In this document: positions 19,163 to 30,700 of the stretch, in pieces
How positions within the stretch are numbered: the stretch's first letter is position 1
Layout: every line of letters starts with the position of its first letter
NCBI GenBank assembly: GCA_036170475.1
Contig: JAVHPE010000095.1
Span: 36,906-100,905 of the forward strand
Length of the DNA stretch: 64,000 bases
DNA from: Bacteroidia bacterium
Lineage (GTDB): Bacteria > Bacteroidota > Bacteroidia > 2-12-FULL-35-15
Direction: 5' to 3'
Translations under genes and position numbers: made by a program
Notes under the pieces: model-generated
What the model saw: only the letters and a program-made list of their open reading frames with translations
Database searches by the model: none
Told to the model about the DNA's origin: nothing

Positions 19163-20248
19163 TCATTTATCTTTTTCATTTTTAATGCTTAGTTTCCTCT
19201 GTTTATGGGAGGTTGGGATAGACTTCGGCTGGGATGGGCTACTCAGTTCTTTTTTATACTGAGGTAACAATGAAACGAATTTAATAATGGTTTCATCCAA
19301 CGATAAATCACTCATACCTCCCGCAGCGTTTGCATGTCCGCCACCATTAAAATGTTTGCGTGAAAAAAGATTCACATTAAAATTACCTTGCGACCGAAAG
19401 GATGTTTTTATTTCATCATCACGTTCCACAAAAAAGGCGGAAAAACGAATTCCTTCAATGGAAAGAGCATAATTGACAATACCTTCAGTATCTCCCTTTT
19501 TATAATTAAAATGGGTCAATTCATCATTTCGTAAACTAAAAAAAGCTGTTCCATATTCTTTTAAAATAGTCAATTTCTCCGCCAGACAAAAGCCTAATAA
19601 TCTCAGTTTATCTTCAGTATTGTCATCATAAATACGATTATGAATTGCGGCATTTTCTGCTCCCGCTTCAATCAATTCCGCGATTATTTTGTGTGTTTTC
19701 GCGGTAGTGGATGGGAAACGGAAAGAACCGGTATCTGTCATTATTCCAGTATATAAACAATTTGAAATGTTTTTATTAATAACTTTTTTATCATTCATTA
19801 GCTCAATGAAATCAAATACAAGTTCGCAGGTGGAGCATGCTTTTATATTGTGAAGCATGTAATCTGCAAAGTCCTCTGGTTGTAGGTGATGGTCGATGAT
19901 ACATTTTACCCCCTTAGCTTTTTCTACTTCCTCGCCCAATGCATCAATCCGTTTGAGTGAATTAAAATCCAGACAAAAAATAATATTCGCTTTTGCAACG
20001 GCTGTTTTAGCCTCCTTAGTTTTGTCAGAAAAGTTAATTACCTTTTTATTGCCGGGCAGCCAAAAAAGGAAGGAGGGATAATCATTTGGCGTAATAACTG
20101 TTACTTTATGTTTTTTAATGGTTAAATAGTTATATAAACCAAGGGAAGCCCCCATGGCATCACCGTCAGGCGACCAATGTGTAACAATTACTATGTTTTT
20201 AGACTTACTTAAAAGCTCTTTTATTTCTTTAACTTGATTTGCGTTCAA
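19163..20248 (-). CDS. nrnA: DHH-family phosphoesterase, NrnA-like (bifunctional oligoribonuclease / pAp phosphatase)
   Basis: Contains DHH (THWSPDGDAMGASLGL) and DHHA1 (NGGGHANAAGG) motifs. The ORF is open to 20533 (456 aa), but the first ~95 aa are hydrophobic junk. The conserved N-terminus (..NQVKEIKELLSKSKNIVIVTH) suggests a TTG start near 20248. Confidence 0.8.
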   Translation of the reverse strand: MNANQVKEIKELLSKSKNIVIVTHWSPDGDAMGASLGLYNYLTIKKHKVTVITPNDYPSFLFWLPGNKKVINFSDKTKEAKTAVAKANIIFCLDFNSLKRIDALGEEVEKAKGVKCIIDHHLQPEDFADYMLHNIKACSTCELVFDFIELMNDKKVINKNISNCLYTGIMTDTGSFRFPSTTAKTHKIIAELIEAGAENAAIHNRIYDDNTEDKLRLLGFCLAEKLTILKEYGTAFFSLRNDELTHFNYKKGDTEGIVNYALSIEGIRFSAFFVERDDEIKTSFRSQGNFNVNLFSRKHFNGGGHANAAGGMSDLSLDETIIKFVSLLPQYKKELSSPSQPKSIPTSHKQRKLSIKNEKDK

Positions 20249-20542
20249 TTGCAGTTTAGTTTGATTGGTCGGTAAATTTACAATTTTTAACCGGCTTTTG
20301 CATCTTTCATTTGTGGCTAAAATTAATAGATTTTGGATTTCAGTATTGAGTAATAAAATGAAAACAAAAATAATCTTCAAAACCAAGGTCAAGGCGCATA
20401 TATCGCATCTCACTATAATTTTATGAAAAACTAATAAATTTTTTCTAATTTCGTGGACAACAAAATCAGCTAAATTAGTAATTGGCAATAAATACAAGAG
20501 AAAAATAAAATCAAAAAAATCAAAAATTAACACTTAAAAAGA

Positions 20543-20962
20543 ATGGCAACAAACAGAACATTTACAATGGTTAAGCCTGATGCTGTGGCAAATGGATACA
20601 TTGGTGGAATTTTAAAGATGATCAACGATGCCGGTTTCCGGATTGTCGCGATGAAATACACTAAGATTTCAGCTGAAGCTGCCGGTGCATTTTACGAAGT
20701 ACACAAAGAACGTCCTTTTTATGGCGAATTGGTTACCTATATGTCCTCTGGCCCTCTGGTTGCTGTTATTTTGGAAAAAGAAAATGCAATTGTCGATTTC
20801 AGAAAATTAATTGGAGCAACGGATCCTGCAAAAGCGGATGCAGGGACTATTCGTAAAATTTATGCAAAATCAATTTCGGCTAATGCTGTTCATGGATCTG
20901 ATAGTGATGAGAATGCACAGATTGAAGGGGATTTCTTTTTCTCGAAGTTGGAAAGATTTTAA
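20543..20962 (+). CDS. ndk: Nucleoside diphosphate kinase
   Basis: 139 aa. Canonical Ndk sequence ([10 protein letters not shown]...NAVHGSDS). Confidence 0.95.
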   Translation: MATNRTFTMVKPDAVANGYIGGILKMINDAGFRIVAMKYTKISAEAAGAFYEVHKERPFYGELVTYMSSGPLVAVILEKENAIVDFRKLIGATDPAKADAGTIRKIYAKSISANAVHGSDSDENAQIEGDFFFSKLERF

Positions 20963-20988
20963 TTTACAAATAATCGACTCTTCTACAA

Positions 20989-21046
20989 ATTTACGAAACT
21001 GTGTACCTAGTATTTTTACTCAGTTTCGTAAATTCGTTTTTATTTG
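20989..21046. terminator. Hairpin (12-bp stem tttacgaaactg/cagtttcgtaaa) followed by a T-run, between convergent ndk and pheT
   Basis: Read directly. Confidence 0.5.
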
Positions 21047-21057
21047 TTATGCCTAAC

Positions 21058-23547
21058 CTACCTTATCTCCGCTCCTACTTTTTCCTGATATGTTTTTATC
21101 AACTTCTCCATAATTTTTTCAATCTGTTTATCCGTAAGTGTAGCATTTTCATCTTGTAATGTAAAGCTTAATGCGTAGGATTTTTTTTCAGCAGGTAGTT
21201 TATCTCCTTCATATACATCAAACAGATTAACACTTTTCAATAAGTTTTTTTCAGATTGATATGCCAGTTGCTCCAATTGTTCGAACTGAATTGCTTTGTC
21301 AATTAACAAAGCTAAATCTCTTCTGACCTCAGGGAATTTAGGTACTTCGGAATACATCAGACGGGTATTCTTTAAACTTTCCATGATAAAATCCCAGTTA
21401 AAATCGGCATAAAAAACATCCTGTTTAATATCCATTGATTTTAAAACAGATTTAGAAACTGTTCCAAATTCAACCAATGTTTTTTTTCCCCTGTTAAAAC
21501 TTACCCCTTGAGAAAACAAATCCCCCTTGTATTCCGCTAATTTCAGCTCATTAATTCCTAAACGCTCCAAAATAGCTACAACAAAGCCTTTCATCGTATA
21601 AAAATTAACGACATTATTTTTTACATTCCAGCTTTCATCTTGTTTACGACCTGTAATAAATAGGGATAAATGCTTAGTTTCAATGTGCCCGCCTGAACGA
21701 ATGAGTTCGTCCTTTCGGGCAGATTTAGTGGCTTCTCCGTCATTAATAGCTATATAAGTTTTACCAAATTCATAAATTTTTAAATCCGCATTCCTACGGT
21801 TTTGATTATACGCGATAGCCTCTAATCCACTAAATAAAAGAGTTTGACGTAGTGCATTCAAATCCGCACTTAAGGGGTTCATCATTAAAACACTTTGTGT
21901 GGCATTCAATGAATTTAATTTACCGGCATATTCAGCTTTCGTTAAAGACAAACACATCATCTCCGAAAAACCATTATTAGAGAGTAATTCAGAAACAGTA
22001 TTTTGTGTTTTTTCTTTATCAGGTTTTTCAGCATATTGTATGGAAGAATTTAAGGAAGTTGGAATTTCAATATTGTTGTAACCATAAATACGAAGAATTT
22101 CCTCCACAACATCCTGTTCACGCAATACATCCATTTTAAATGTTGGTATCACAAGCAGCAACGCATCATTACCCTGATGCTCAATATCAATACCCAGGGA
22201 GGTAATAATATTTTTAATAATTTCAGTATCTATCTTTTTACCGATCAGGCGTTCGCATTTTTCATAAGAAAAAGGAATTTTAAAATTTTCAATTTTCTTG
22301 GGATAAATATCAATCAGTTCCGATGAAATTTTTCCACCTGCAATTTCTTTAATTAAAAGAGCTGCCCGCTTTAAAGCATAAACAGTAATGTTTGGGTCAG
22401 TTCCCCGCTCAAAGCGGAAGGATGCATCTGTTTTTAAATTATGACGTTTTGATGATTTCCGAATGGATATTGGACTGAAATACGCACTCTCTAGAAAAAT
22501 AGTTGTTGTAGCTGATGTAACACCAGAATCTATTCCACCAAATACACCTGCGATACACATTGGATTTTCGGCATTACAGATCATCAAATCATCCATTGAC
22601 AATTCCCGTTCTACTCCATCCAATGTATTAAATTTAGTTTTATCCGCGATTTTTTTTACGATTACTTTATTCCCTGTTATCCTGCCAGCATCAAATGCGT
22701 GCAAGGGCTGACCTAATTCATGCAAAACATAATTAGTAATATCCACAATATTGTTAATAGGGCGAACACCGATTGCTTTCAGGCGATTTTTTAACCAAAC
22801 AGGGGATTCTACAACTGTTATATCAGAAATTATTAGCCCTGAATAACGAGGACAGGCAATTGAATCTTCAACAATAACTTCAATTTTTGAATCAGTAGAA
22901 TCAATAGCAAAATTATTTACCGGAGGTAATTCTAATTTTGATTTCGGGATTTCAGATTTCAGGTTTATTAGATTTAAAACTGCTGACAAATCACGGGCAA
23001 CACCAACGTGTGAAGCGGCATCAACACGATTAGGAGTCAACCCGATTTCAAACACATAATCTTCTTCTGCCTTAAAATATTCTTTTGCCGGCATTCCAAT
23101 TTTTGCGGCAGCATCAAGTACCATAATCCCTTCATGCGATGTGCCGAGCCCAATTTCATCTTCAGCACAAATCATTCCTTCTGAAAGTTGCCCTCGAATT
23201 TTAGATTTTTTTATTTCAAAGGGTTCTCCAATACTTGGATATAACATTGCCCCAATAGTTGCTATTACCACTTTTTGCCCAACAGCTACATTGCTTGCAC
23301 CACAAACTATGGTTAATAAAGTTCCTGTGCCGATATCAACTGTTGTAATACTCAAACGATCAGCATCCGGATGTTTTACTTTAGTTTTTACTTCTGCAAT
23401 GACTAATCCATCCAAACCTCCTTTAATGGACTCAAATTTTTCAATGCTCTCCACTTCCAGTCCGCAATTGGTTAAGAATGTTCCGGCTTCAACGGCAGAC
23501 AAGTCGGTCTTAATATAATTTTTTAGCCAGTTATATGATATTTTCAT
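21058..23547 (-). CDS. pheT: Phenylalanine--tRNA ligase beta subunit
   Basis: 829 aa. N-terminus MKISYNWLKNYI... with tRNA-binding, B3/B4, B5 and C-terminal FDX-ACB-like regions. Confidence 0.95.
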   Translation of the reverse strand: MKISYNWLKNYIKTDLSAVEAGTFLTNCGLEVESIEKFESIKGGLDGLVIAEVKTKVKHPDADRLSITTVDIGTGTLLTIVCGASNVAVGQKVVIATIGAMLYPSIGEPFEIKKSKIRGQLSEGMICAEDEIGLGTSHEGIMVLDAAAKIGMPAKEYFKAEEDYVFEIGLTPNRVDAASHVGVARDLSAVLNLINLKSEIPKSKLELPPVNNFAIDSTDSKIEVIVEDSIACPRYSGLIISDITVVESPVWLKNRLKAIGVRPINNIVDITNYVLHELGQPLHAFDAGRITGNKVIVKKIADKTKFNTLDGVERELSMDDLMICNAENPMCIAGVFGGIDSGVTSATTTIFLESAYFSPISIRKSSKRHNLKTDASFRFERGTDPNITVYALKRAALLIKEIAGGKISSELIDIYPKKIENFKIPFSYEKCERLIGKKIDTEIIKNIITSLGIDIEHQGNDALLLVIPTFKMDVLREQDVVEEILRIYGYNNIEIPTSLNSSIQYAEKPDKEKTQNTVSELLSNNGFSEMMCLSLTKAEYAGKLNSLNATQSVLMMNPLSADLNALRQTLLFSGLEAIAYNQNRRNADLKIYEFGKTYIAINDGEATKSARKDELIRSGGHIETKHLSLFITGRKQDESWNVKNNVVNFYTMKGFVVAILERLGINELKLAEYKGDLFSQGVSFNRGKKTLVEFGTVSKSVLKSMDIKQDVFYADFNWDFIMESLKNTRLMYSEVPKFPEVRRDLALLIDKAIQFEQLEQLAYQSEKNLLKSVNLFDVYEGDKLPAEKKSYALSFTLQDENATLTDKQIEKIMEKLIKTYQEKVGAEIR

Positions 23548-23752
23548 TTCCTTATTTTTATTGGTTAATCCTCCAACTCAATCTAAAAGTAGTGCTGGAA
23601 TATTTTTTTGAAATACAAATTTAAGAAATCAATTTGATAATCAAGAAAGGAAATAAATATGCCAGGGCAGAGCACATTCTCATGTTAATCATGTTATTGA
23701 GTTAATAAGAATTTACGAAATGTAACGCTTAGAACTCAAGCCATACGACACG

Positions 23753-25813
23753 CTATTTATTTCTCATTAATTGCTCTAATACTTGCTTCGCTTGCAGGTT
23801 AACCGGGTTTTTCTTTAAGACTTGTTTTAATAACTCTTTTGCCTTCTTATAATTCTTTTTATAAATAGATAAGCCGACAACATTCATCAGTAATGGTTCA
23901 TAATCAGGATCAAGCTTTAACGCCCGGCTATAGATTGTTTCTGCTTCTGAACTTTTTCCAAGGAGTAAATTAGCATAACCCCAATTATTGAGTGCCTGCA
24001 CATATTCAGGGTTCTCATTTATTAATGCTAAAAAAATTACAACCGCATCCTGAACCTTATTCTGCGCCAATAATGAAGCCCCTAATTTATTTTTAAATTC
24101 AGCAATATAGGGCGCTAAATCAGTTGCCTTTTTATAAAACTCGTAAGCATCCTGAATTTTACCTGTGTTGGAATACGCATTACCAATACGGTATAACGTC
24201 CACGCATTTGCGTTGTCCCAAGACTTTTTTGTAAGAATGGTATTTAATAGGTTTTCTTTCCCTACCTGATTTACATAAATGATGATTTTAGCAAAATCAT
24301 GCCTGATGAAATAAAGGTGTACCAATATTTCGAAATTTTGATTCACATCATTTGTAGTTTTATCCGATAAATATTTTTTTGCAGAATCAAGGTAGGCAGG
24401 CTTATTGTCGAATTTATCATATTGTTGAATATACGCTTTTGCCATTATTTCAACACTCGGATTTTTTTCATTTACAGCCCCTAAACCAATAAATTCTTTC
24501 TGTTTTTTTGATTTTTCTTTCTTGATCGGTTTTCTGATATAATGATCATGAACTGTAACATGAGGAATATCTATAGACCCGGATTTGGGCATGTGGCATA
24601 TAACACAGTTATCTTTACTCTTATCTCTCAGTTCCTGTTTTTCCGCACATAAAGTTTGGTTCATTTTCCCATGGCAATTTTTACAGGCATTGTTATACAC
24701 TTCCGTACCAGTTGTTTTTACGCTTACATGCGGGTTATGACAGGTAACACAAGTTAAAGAATTTTTATAGGGACGTAAAGAATTGACATCATTTTCCGGT
24801 TTAAAGCTATTTATAAAACATTTGCTTTGCTTTAACCTGTCAGCATGTGAAGCCATTATGAATTCTTCATCAGCATTTTTGTAACGTGGGAGAAAAGTGA
24901 TCATGTAATCCGATAATTTCATTCCGGGCTTAAAATCAAAAAATGATTTCCCATCTTTCAATACCGAATTCCCTTGCAAATGGCATCGTTGACAAACATC
25001 AAATTGCAAATCAATTGGTAATTTACCAGGATTAACAATAGAATAATCAATGTATTTTGATGTATCAATTTTTACCCCCGTTGAACGCTGTTGAATATGA
25101 ATGCCACCGGGACCATGACAACGCTCACAAGTAATACCTTCTGGTAATTTAACAAATTTATTTTCTGAACCCTCCACAAAATCAGGTAATGAATTATGAC
25201 AACTTATACATTCTAAACCAATTTTTCGTGAAAAACGAGTATTAAAGCCATTTTCAAACCCTGGAGGGAAATCCCATTGCCCTTTTTGTGTATAATAAGT
25301 CATTGGCAATTGACATAAATAACCATTTGTGCTGGATATGTGCGAATTGGTATGTTGCCCGGAACCTACAATATAATCAACCTTTTCAATACGTTTATAA
25401 ATGGTATCCCCACCTGAACGAATGTTTTTGTTCATTCGGACAGGCATCCCTTTCAAACGAAACTCCATAATTTTCATGCTATCTCCATCCCAAAAAGGAT
25501 AGTAATAGAAATTCAAATATTTATCATAAATTACCGAGTGTTTATCAAACTTTGCTGAACTTTTTTGTTTACTTGCATAATCAAAACTTTTACCCATTCC
25601 TGTTTGTATGAATGAATCATAAATTTTCTGATGACAAAGTTTACATTGATTCATTCCCACATAATGAGCAGTATCATTGAGATTTAAGTAGTTACCCTTT
25701 AATGATTGAGGATTAGTAATTTTCGATTGGTTTGAATGGTCACAAGAAACTATTGACAGCAGTGCAACTGAAAAAACTGAAAACAAAATAATATTTCGTA
25801 ATTTGAACTTCAT
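23753..25813 (-). CDS. Multiheme cytochrome c (7 CxxCH motifs) with C-terminal TPR repeats, secreted or lipoprotein
   Basis: 686 aa with a signal peptide. Seven CxxCH motifs counted: CKLCH, CISCH, CERCH, CQRCH, CVTCH, CKNCH, CVICH. TPR-like repeats in the C-terminal third. Confidence 0.8.
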   Translation of the reverse strand: MKFKLRNIILFSVFSVALLSIVSCDHSNQSKITNPQSLKGNYLNLNDTAHYVGMNQCKLCHQKIYDSFIQTGMGKSFDYASKQKSSAKFDKHSVIYDKYLNFYYYPFWDGDSMKIMEFRLKGMPVRMNKNIRSGGDTIYKRIEKVDYIVGSGQHTNSHISSTNGYLCQLPMTYYTQKGQWDFPPGFENGFNTRFSRKIGLECISCHNSLPDFVEGSENKFVKLPEGITCERCHGPGGIHIQQRSTGVKIDTSKYIDYSIVNPGKLPIDLQFDVCQRCHLQGNSVLKDGKSFFDFKPGMKLSDYMITFLPRYKNADEEFIMASHADRLKQSKCFINSFKPENDVNSLRPYKNSLTCVTCHNPHVSVKTTGTEVYNNACKNCHGKMNQTLCAEKQELRDKSKDNCVICHMPKSGSIDIPHVTVHDHYIRKPIKKEKSKKQKEFIGLGAVNEKNPSVEIMAKAYIQQYDKFDNKPAYLDSAKKYLSDKTTNDVNQNFEILVHLYFIRHDFAKIIIYVNQVGKENLLNTILTKKSWDNANAWTLYRIGNAYSNTGKIQDAYEFYKKATDLAPYIAEFKNKLGASLLAQNKVQDAVVIFLALINENPEYVQALNNWGYANLLLGKSSEAETIYSRALKLDPDYEPLLMNVVGLSIYKKNYKKAKELLKQVLKKNPVNLQAKQVLEQLMRNK

Positions 25814-27666
25814 AAACTATTCATTTCATTGGAAATAGAAGGCAAATAGAGATCTATAATTCCCATTTTTTTCATCAGAAAAGAGGCATTCATTGTACTG
25901 CAAACTCCCTCTTTTATTTTATAGTCGAAATTTAATTTATCATCGCTGATGGTAATTTCAAAACATAAATTTCTCACATTCTCAGGAAACTGATTATATA
26001 ATTTGGAAAGTTCAACATCATGAGTGGCAATAATTCCGACTCCGTTTAATTTAATAATTTTTTTGATCAGAGCTTCTGAACCTGTATGTTGGTCTTTGGA
26101 ATTAGTACCTTTTAAAATTTCATCCAGTAAGAAAAAAACATTTTCGCCTTTTTCATACTGATGTATCAGCAATTGTAAACGTTTTAATTCCGCATAAAAA
26201 AATGATTCATTTTCCTGCAATGAATCATTCGTTCTTAAACTTGTAAACAATCGTACAGGAGTAAATCTGAATTTTGTTGCACATACCGGTGCACCTATCA
26301 TAGCGAGGATAAGATTAACTCCAATGGTTCTTAAAAAAGTGCTTTTACCAGCCATATTTGCACCCGTCAATAAATCAATTTTCGGTTTCCCTGTAATATG
26401 ATAATTATTTTTAATTAGCCGATTTTCGTTTATTAATGGGTGCCCCACATTCTCTGTTTCAATAACAAATGTATTAGTATCCACTTCAGGAAATGCATAG
26501 GTAGGGTTGTTAGCAGCGTATAAAGCAATACTAATATAGGCATCAAATTCGCCAATATTATCTATCCATTTAAGGAATTTTTCTTTATGATTTGTTTTCC
26601 AATTTTCTACCCTTATCATCATATTGATATCCCAAAGAAAAATTCCATTGAGTAGCAATGCCACAGCTATGTTCATACGGGCATCCAATAAATTCACAAT
26701 TTTTTTTAATTTGCCAATGCTGCCACTTGCCGGTTCCTGATTGTTAGTAAAGCTTGCACTCAAACTGCTTAAATTTTTTGTTTCAAATTTTTCTGACTCC
26801 ACCTTGGAAATTAAGGAAACATATTTATTGATAGAGTCGAATTTCCGGCTTAAGCGATCATGAATACGGTTAATCTTTTTTGTGTTGAGACCAACAATTA
26901 TTAGCTGAAATAAAAATAAAATAGCGAAATAACCTATCGGTAAAAAATTAATAAAATAAAGAATTACCGCTGAAAGAGTGAGAACAGGTAATACCCAACT
27001 AATTATTTTGAAAACAGAGGAAGAAAAAAGTAGAGGTTCCTCCAGCCAATCTTTGATGACATCCTTATCAGCAATGCCTTCTACATTTCCAAAACCAAGT
27101 GCGACAAAGCGCCGGCACCATTCCTGTTTTTTAGAAAGTTCTTTTACTGCCAGCTGTCGTTCAGTGATCTCATCTTTATCTGTAAATGGGTTTGCAAGCC
27201 AGCCCGCAAGCTTCATTCTGCCAGTATAGGTAGAGGTTCTGTTTAGAATCTGAAATATGGATCTTTTTCCGAAAATATCCAGATCAGAAATAAAATTATG
27301 GTGTTTATCAATAAACTCATTTCCTTCATTTAGCTTTTCATAATTGTTATTTAATAAGACAATTTCTATTTCATTTACTTTAATCAGGTTATGCAGAAAT
27401 GTGATTTCTCTTGCAATTTTAATTTCAATTGACAGAAGAATCAGGAAAAGTATAACAGTAATTGGAATAATAATAAATGAAATAATAGGATGATGCCCAA
27501 AGAGATAAAAAAATGCGACTATTGCAACAATAAATATAATCGATCGACTGTAAAATATTAAATTTATCCTGCTTTTTTGAAAAACAATTTGTTTATTAAA
27601 TTCAACATTTTTGTTGTTATATAATTCTATTAATTTAATCATAATTAAATTCAATTTATTATTCAC
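25810..27666 (-). CDS. MutS-family ATPase with N-terminal transmembrane region (MutS domain V protein, no mismatch-binding domain)
   Basis: 618 aa. About 4 TM helices at the N-terminus. MutS ABC ATPase motifs in the C-terminal half (GANMAGKSTFLRTIG, FFLLDEILKGTN). Overlaps the downstream cytochrome gene by 4 nt. Confidence 0.8.
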   Translation of the reverse strand: MNNKLNLIMIKLIELYNNKNVEFNKQIVFQKSRINLIFYSRSIIFIVAIVAFFYLFGHHPIISFIIIPITVILFLILLSIEIKIAREITFLHNLIKVNEIEIVLLNNNYEKLNEGNEFIDKHHNFISDLDIFGKRSIFQILNRTSTYTGRMKLAGWLANPFTDKDEITERQLAVKELSKKQEWCRRFVALGFGNVEGIADKDVIKDWLEEPLLFSSSVFKIISWVLPVLTLSAVILYFINFLPIGYFAILFLFQLIIVGLNTKKINRIHDRLSRKFDSINKYVSLISKVESEKFETKNLSSLSASFTNNQEPASGSIGKLKKIVNLLDARMNIAVALLLNGIFLWDINMMIRVENWKTNHKEKFLKWIDNIGEFDAYISIALYAANNPTYAFPEVDTNTFVIETENVGHPLINENRLIKNNYHITGKPKIDLLTGANMAGKSTFLRTIGVNLILAMIGAPVCATKFRFTPVRLFTSLRTNDSLQENESFFYAELKRLQLLIHQYEKGENVFFLLDEILKGTNSKDQHTGSEALIKKIIKLNGVGIIATHDVELSKLYNQFPENVRNLCFEITISDDKLNFDYKIKEGVCSTMNASFLMKKMGIIDLYLPSISNEMNSL

Positions 27667-27767
27667 ATGCTATACCAGCAAAAGGCATACGAAATTAAGC
27701 AAATTATTAGATTGGAAATTTTATCTTTAGGTTTTGTATATTTGCCTGTACAATTAAATAACTGCTC

Positions 27768-30700
27768 ATGAAATCAAAAACTACTTTGTTCAAAATTTTT
27801 ATTATTTGTTTTTTTGCACTTGTTTTTTCTAAAACAAATGCAAGTACTTTTACAGTGATTAATACTTTGGATGCAGGTTCCGGATCATTGCGTCAGGCAA
27901 TTACTTCCGCAGGAACTAATCCTTATGATGCTGATAATATTATATTTAATATTCCTACATCCGATCCAAATTACAATGCTTCAACGGGTGTTTTTACCAT
28001 ATCTCCTGCATCTTTACTTCCTACTGTTAATAGTATTTCTGTATCTATAGATGGTACAACACAGCCGGGAAATACAAATCCAAATGGTCCTGAAATATGC
28101 ATTAAAAGTACCGCTAATCTGTCCTATGCTTTGTGTTTCCCATTTTCCGGATGTAGTGTAAAAGGCTTGATAATAAATGGATTTCAATATGGTGTTATTC
28201 TTACAAAGTATGGTACTTTTCCAAGTGGGTCTTGTACGGTTGCAAATTGTTATATTGGAGTAAATTACGATGGTAGCGCCGCACTTTCTAATGATATTGG
28301 AATTGTACTATATGGGGATGTTGCAACTAATACAATAAAGGACAATCTTATTTCTGGAAATACTACGGCAGGTATTGGTGTTAGGAAATCAAATGGCAAT
28401 GTTATCCAAGGAAATAAAATAGGGTGTGATAGAACAGGAATGTATGCTATTCCTAATTACTACGGTGTGGCTATTGATTCATCAGCAAATAACACTGTTG
28501 GCGGAAATACAGCGTTACAACGAAATATTATTTCAGGAAATTTATCTGCCGGAGTTGCCATTAATACAAATGTTTCACATGATAATACTGTCAAAGGAAA
28601 TTATATAGGTATCAATATTAATGGTATTGCCAGAACTGATACCATTCCAAATTTCTATGGTATTGCTATCAATGATTCCTACAATAATATTATTGGGGGT
28701 GCTTCGGCAGCGGAAAGAAATATCATTTCTGGTAATAGTGATGGTGGAATTTCCATTTTAGGTCCAAACGCTAAAAACATGACTATCAAAGGAAACTACA
28801 TTGGAACAAATATTTCCGGAACTGATTCTATACCAAACGCGAATGGAATTTTATTAAGCGGAACTTCCGGAAATACCATTGGCGGAAGCAATACAGGTGA
28901 GGGTAATTTAATTTCCGGAAATAAATCAGCAGGAATCGCCTTGGCATATTCAGGAACAAGATTAAATACAATAATTGGAAATTATATCGGAACAGATTTT
29001 CAAGGGACTCAGATATTGAGTAATTATACAGGAATTTATTTAAAGAGCAATGCCAATAAAAACACCATTGGTGGTTCTACTCCGGGTGAACGGAATATTA
29101 TTTCAGGAAATATTGAAATGGCATTATGTATTGAATCGTCTGACAGTAATACGGTAAAAGGAAATTATATTGGTCCTGATGTAACAGGCATGAATGCTTT
29201 AAAATTGTCGAATGATACGCTTGTTCAAGCCAATGGCTTATATTTTAATTCAAATTCAAAATACAATACTGCCGGTGGATACGGTGCAGGAGAAGGAAAT
29301 GTAATTTCCGGAAACAGGATATATGGTCATGATTATTATGGTAACTCTTCCTATAATCCCACTATTGGGAATTATATTGGTGTGGATGCAACCGGTAATA
29401 ACCCAATGCCCAACGCAACAGGTATTTGTATGGATGGGGGTTCTAATCATAATCCTATCATTAATAATGTTCTTTCAGGTAACCGTGCTTACGGAATATT
29501 TATTGTTACCACAGGCACCGATTACAATGTCCTTAACGGAAATAAAATTGGGACTAATGCAGCAGGAACTGATTCAGTACCAAATCAAATTGGCTTAATC
29601 CTTGGGGGAGGAACAAAACACAATACTATTGGGGGAACAACGACAGCAGATAGGAATATTATTTCGGGTAACAGATTTGATGGAATTGAAGTAGCTGATA
29701 CATATACTTCTTTAAATGATATTATAGGAAATTATATCGGGACAGACATCAGCGGAACCCTTGCATTGCCTAATTATAATGGTATTGGTTTCGCAAGTAG
29801 CCCAAGTAAAAATAATATTGAAAATAATGTGATCAGTGGAAATAGCTACTGCGGACTTATTCTTTATGAACAATGCGACAGCAATACTGTTTACAGCAAT
29901 AAGATTGGTGTTTCTATGGATGGAACTACGATTTTGAAAAATAATACCGCGGGAATAGTTATTGCAAAAGGCTCGAAATATAATATAATTGGTGCTTTGA
30001 ACAAAGGGAATATTATCGCAAATCATGATTCCATTGGTATTGCTGTTATTGATACAGGAACAGTGTTCAATACAATTTCCGCAAATCAGATTTATGGTAA
30101 TGGAATAATGGGAATTGATCTTTATCCTTATGGTGTTAATAATAACGATGTTTCAGATAATGATATCGGTTCCAATGAACTGATGAATTACCCTGTGATT
30201 CAAAATGTTTACCTTGATTGGTCAAGCGGAATCGCAACCATTACCGGAACGATGGATTGTGCAACATACAGTGGTCCTGATGGAATTAAAATTGAACTCT
30301 TTAAATCCAACGGAACCAATATGTTTAATCACGGGGATGCGACTGCCTTTCTTGGAGATACAGTAGTAGTAGGTAGTTCCGGAAACTGGAGTTTTAATTG
30401 TACAGGGTTAACTTCAAGTGATATGGTAACTGCTACGGCAACTGATGTTAAAGGGAATACCTCAGAATTTGCACAGAACATAGGTATCACGGTAAGTGTG
30501 AATGAAAATAATTCCGGTAATGAATACTCTGTTTATCCTAATCCAGCAAGTGACCAATTGAAAATTTCATTTTATTCATTGTCTGAAAAGAATGTCGAGA
30601 TTAATCTTTTTTCAATTACAGGAGAACTTGTTAAGATTATTGAGAACAAAAAATTTAGCATAGGTAAAGTTGAATTGAATTATGATATTTCCGAACTTCA

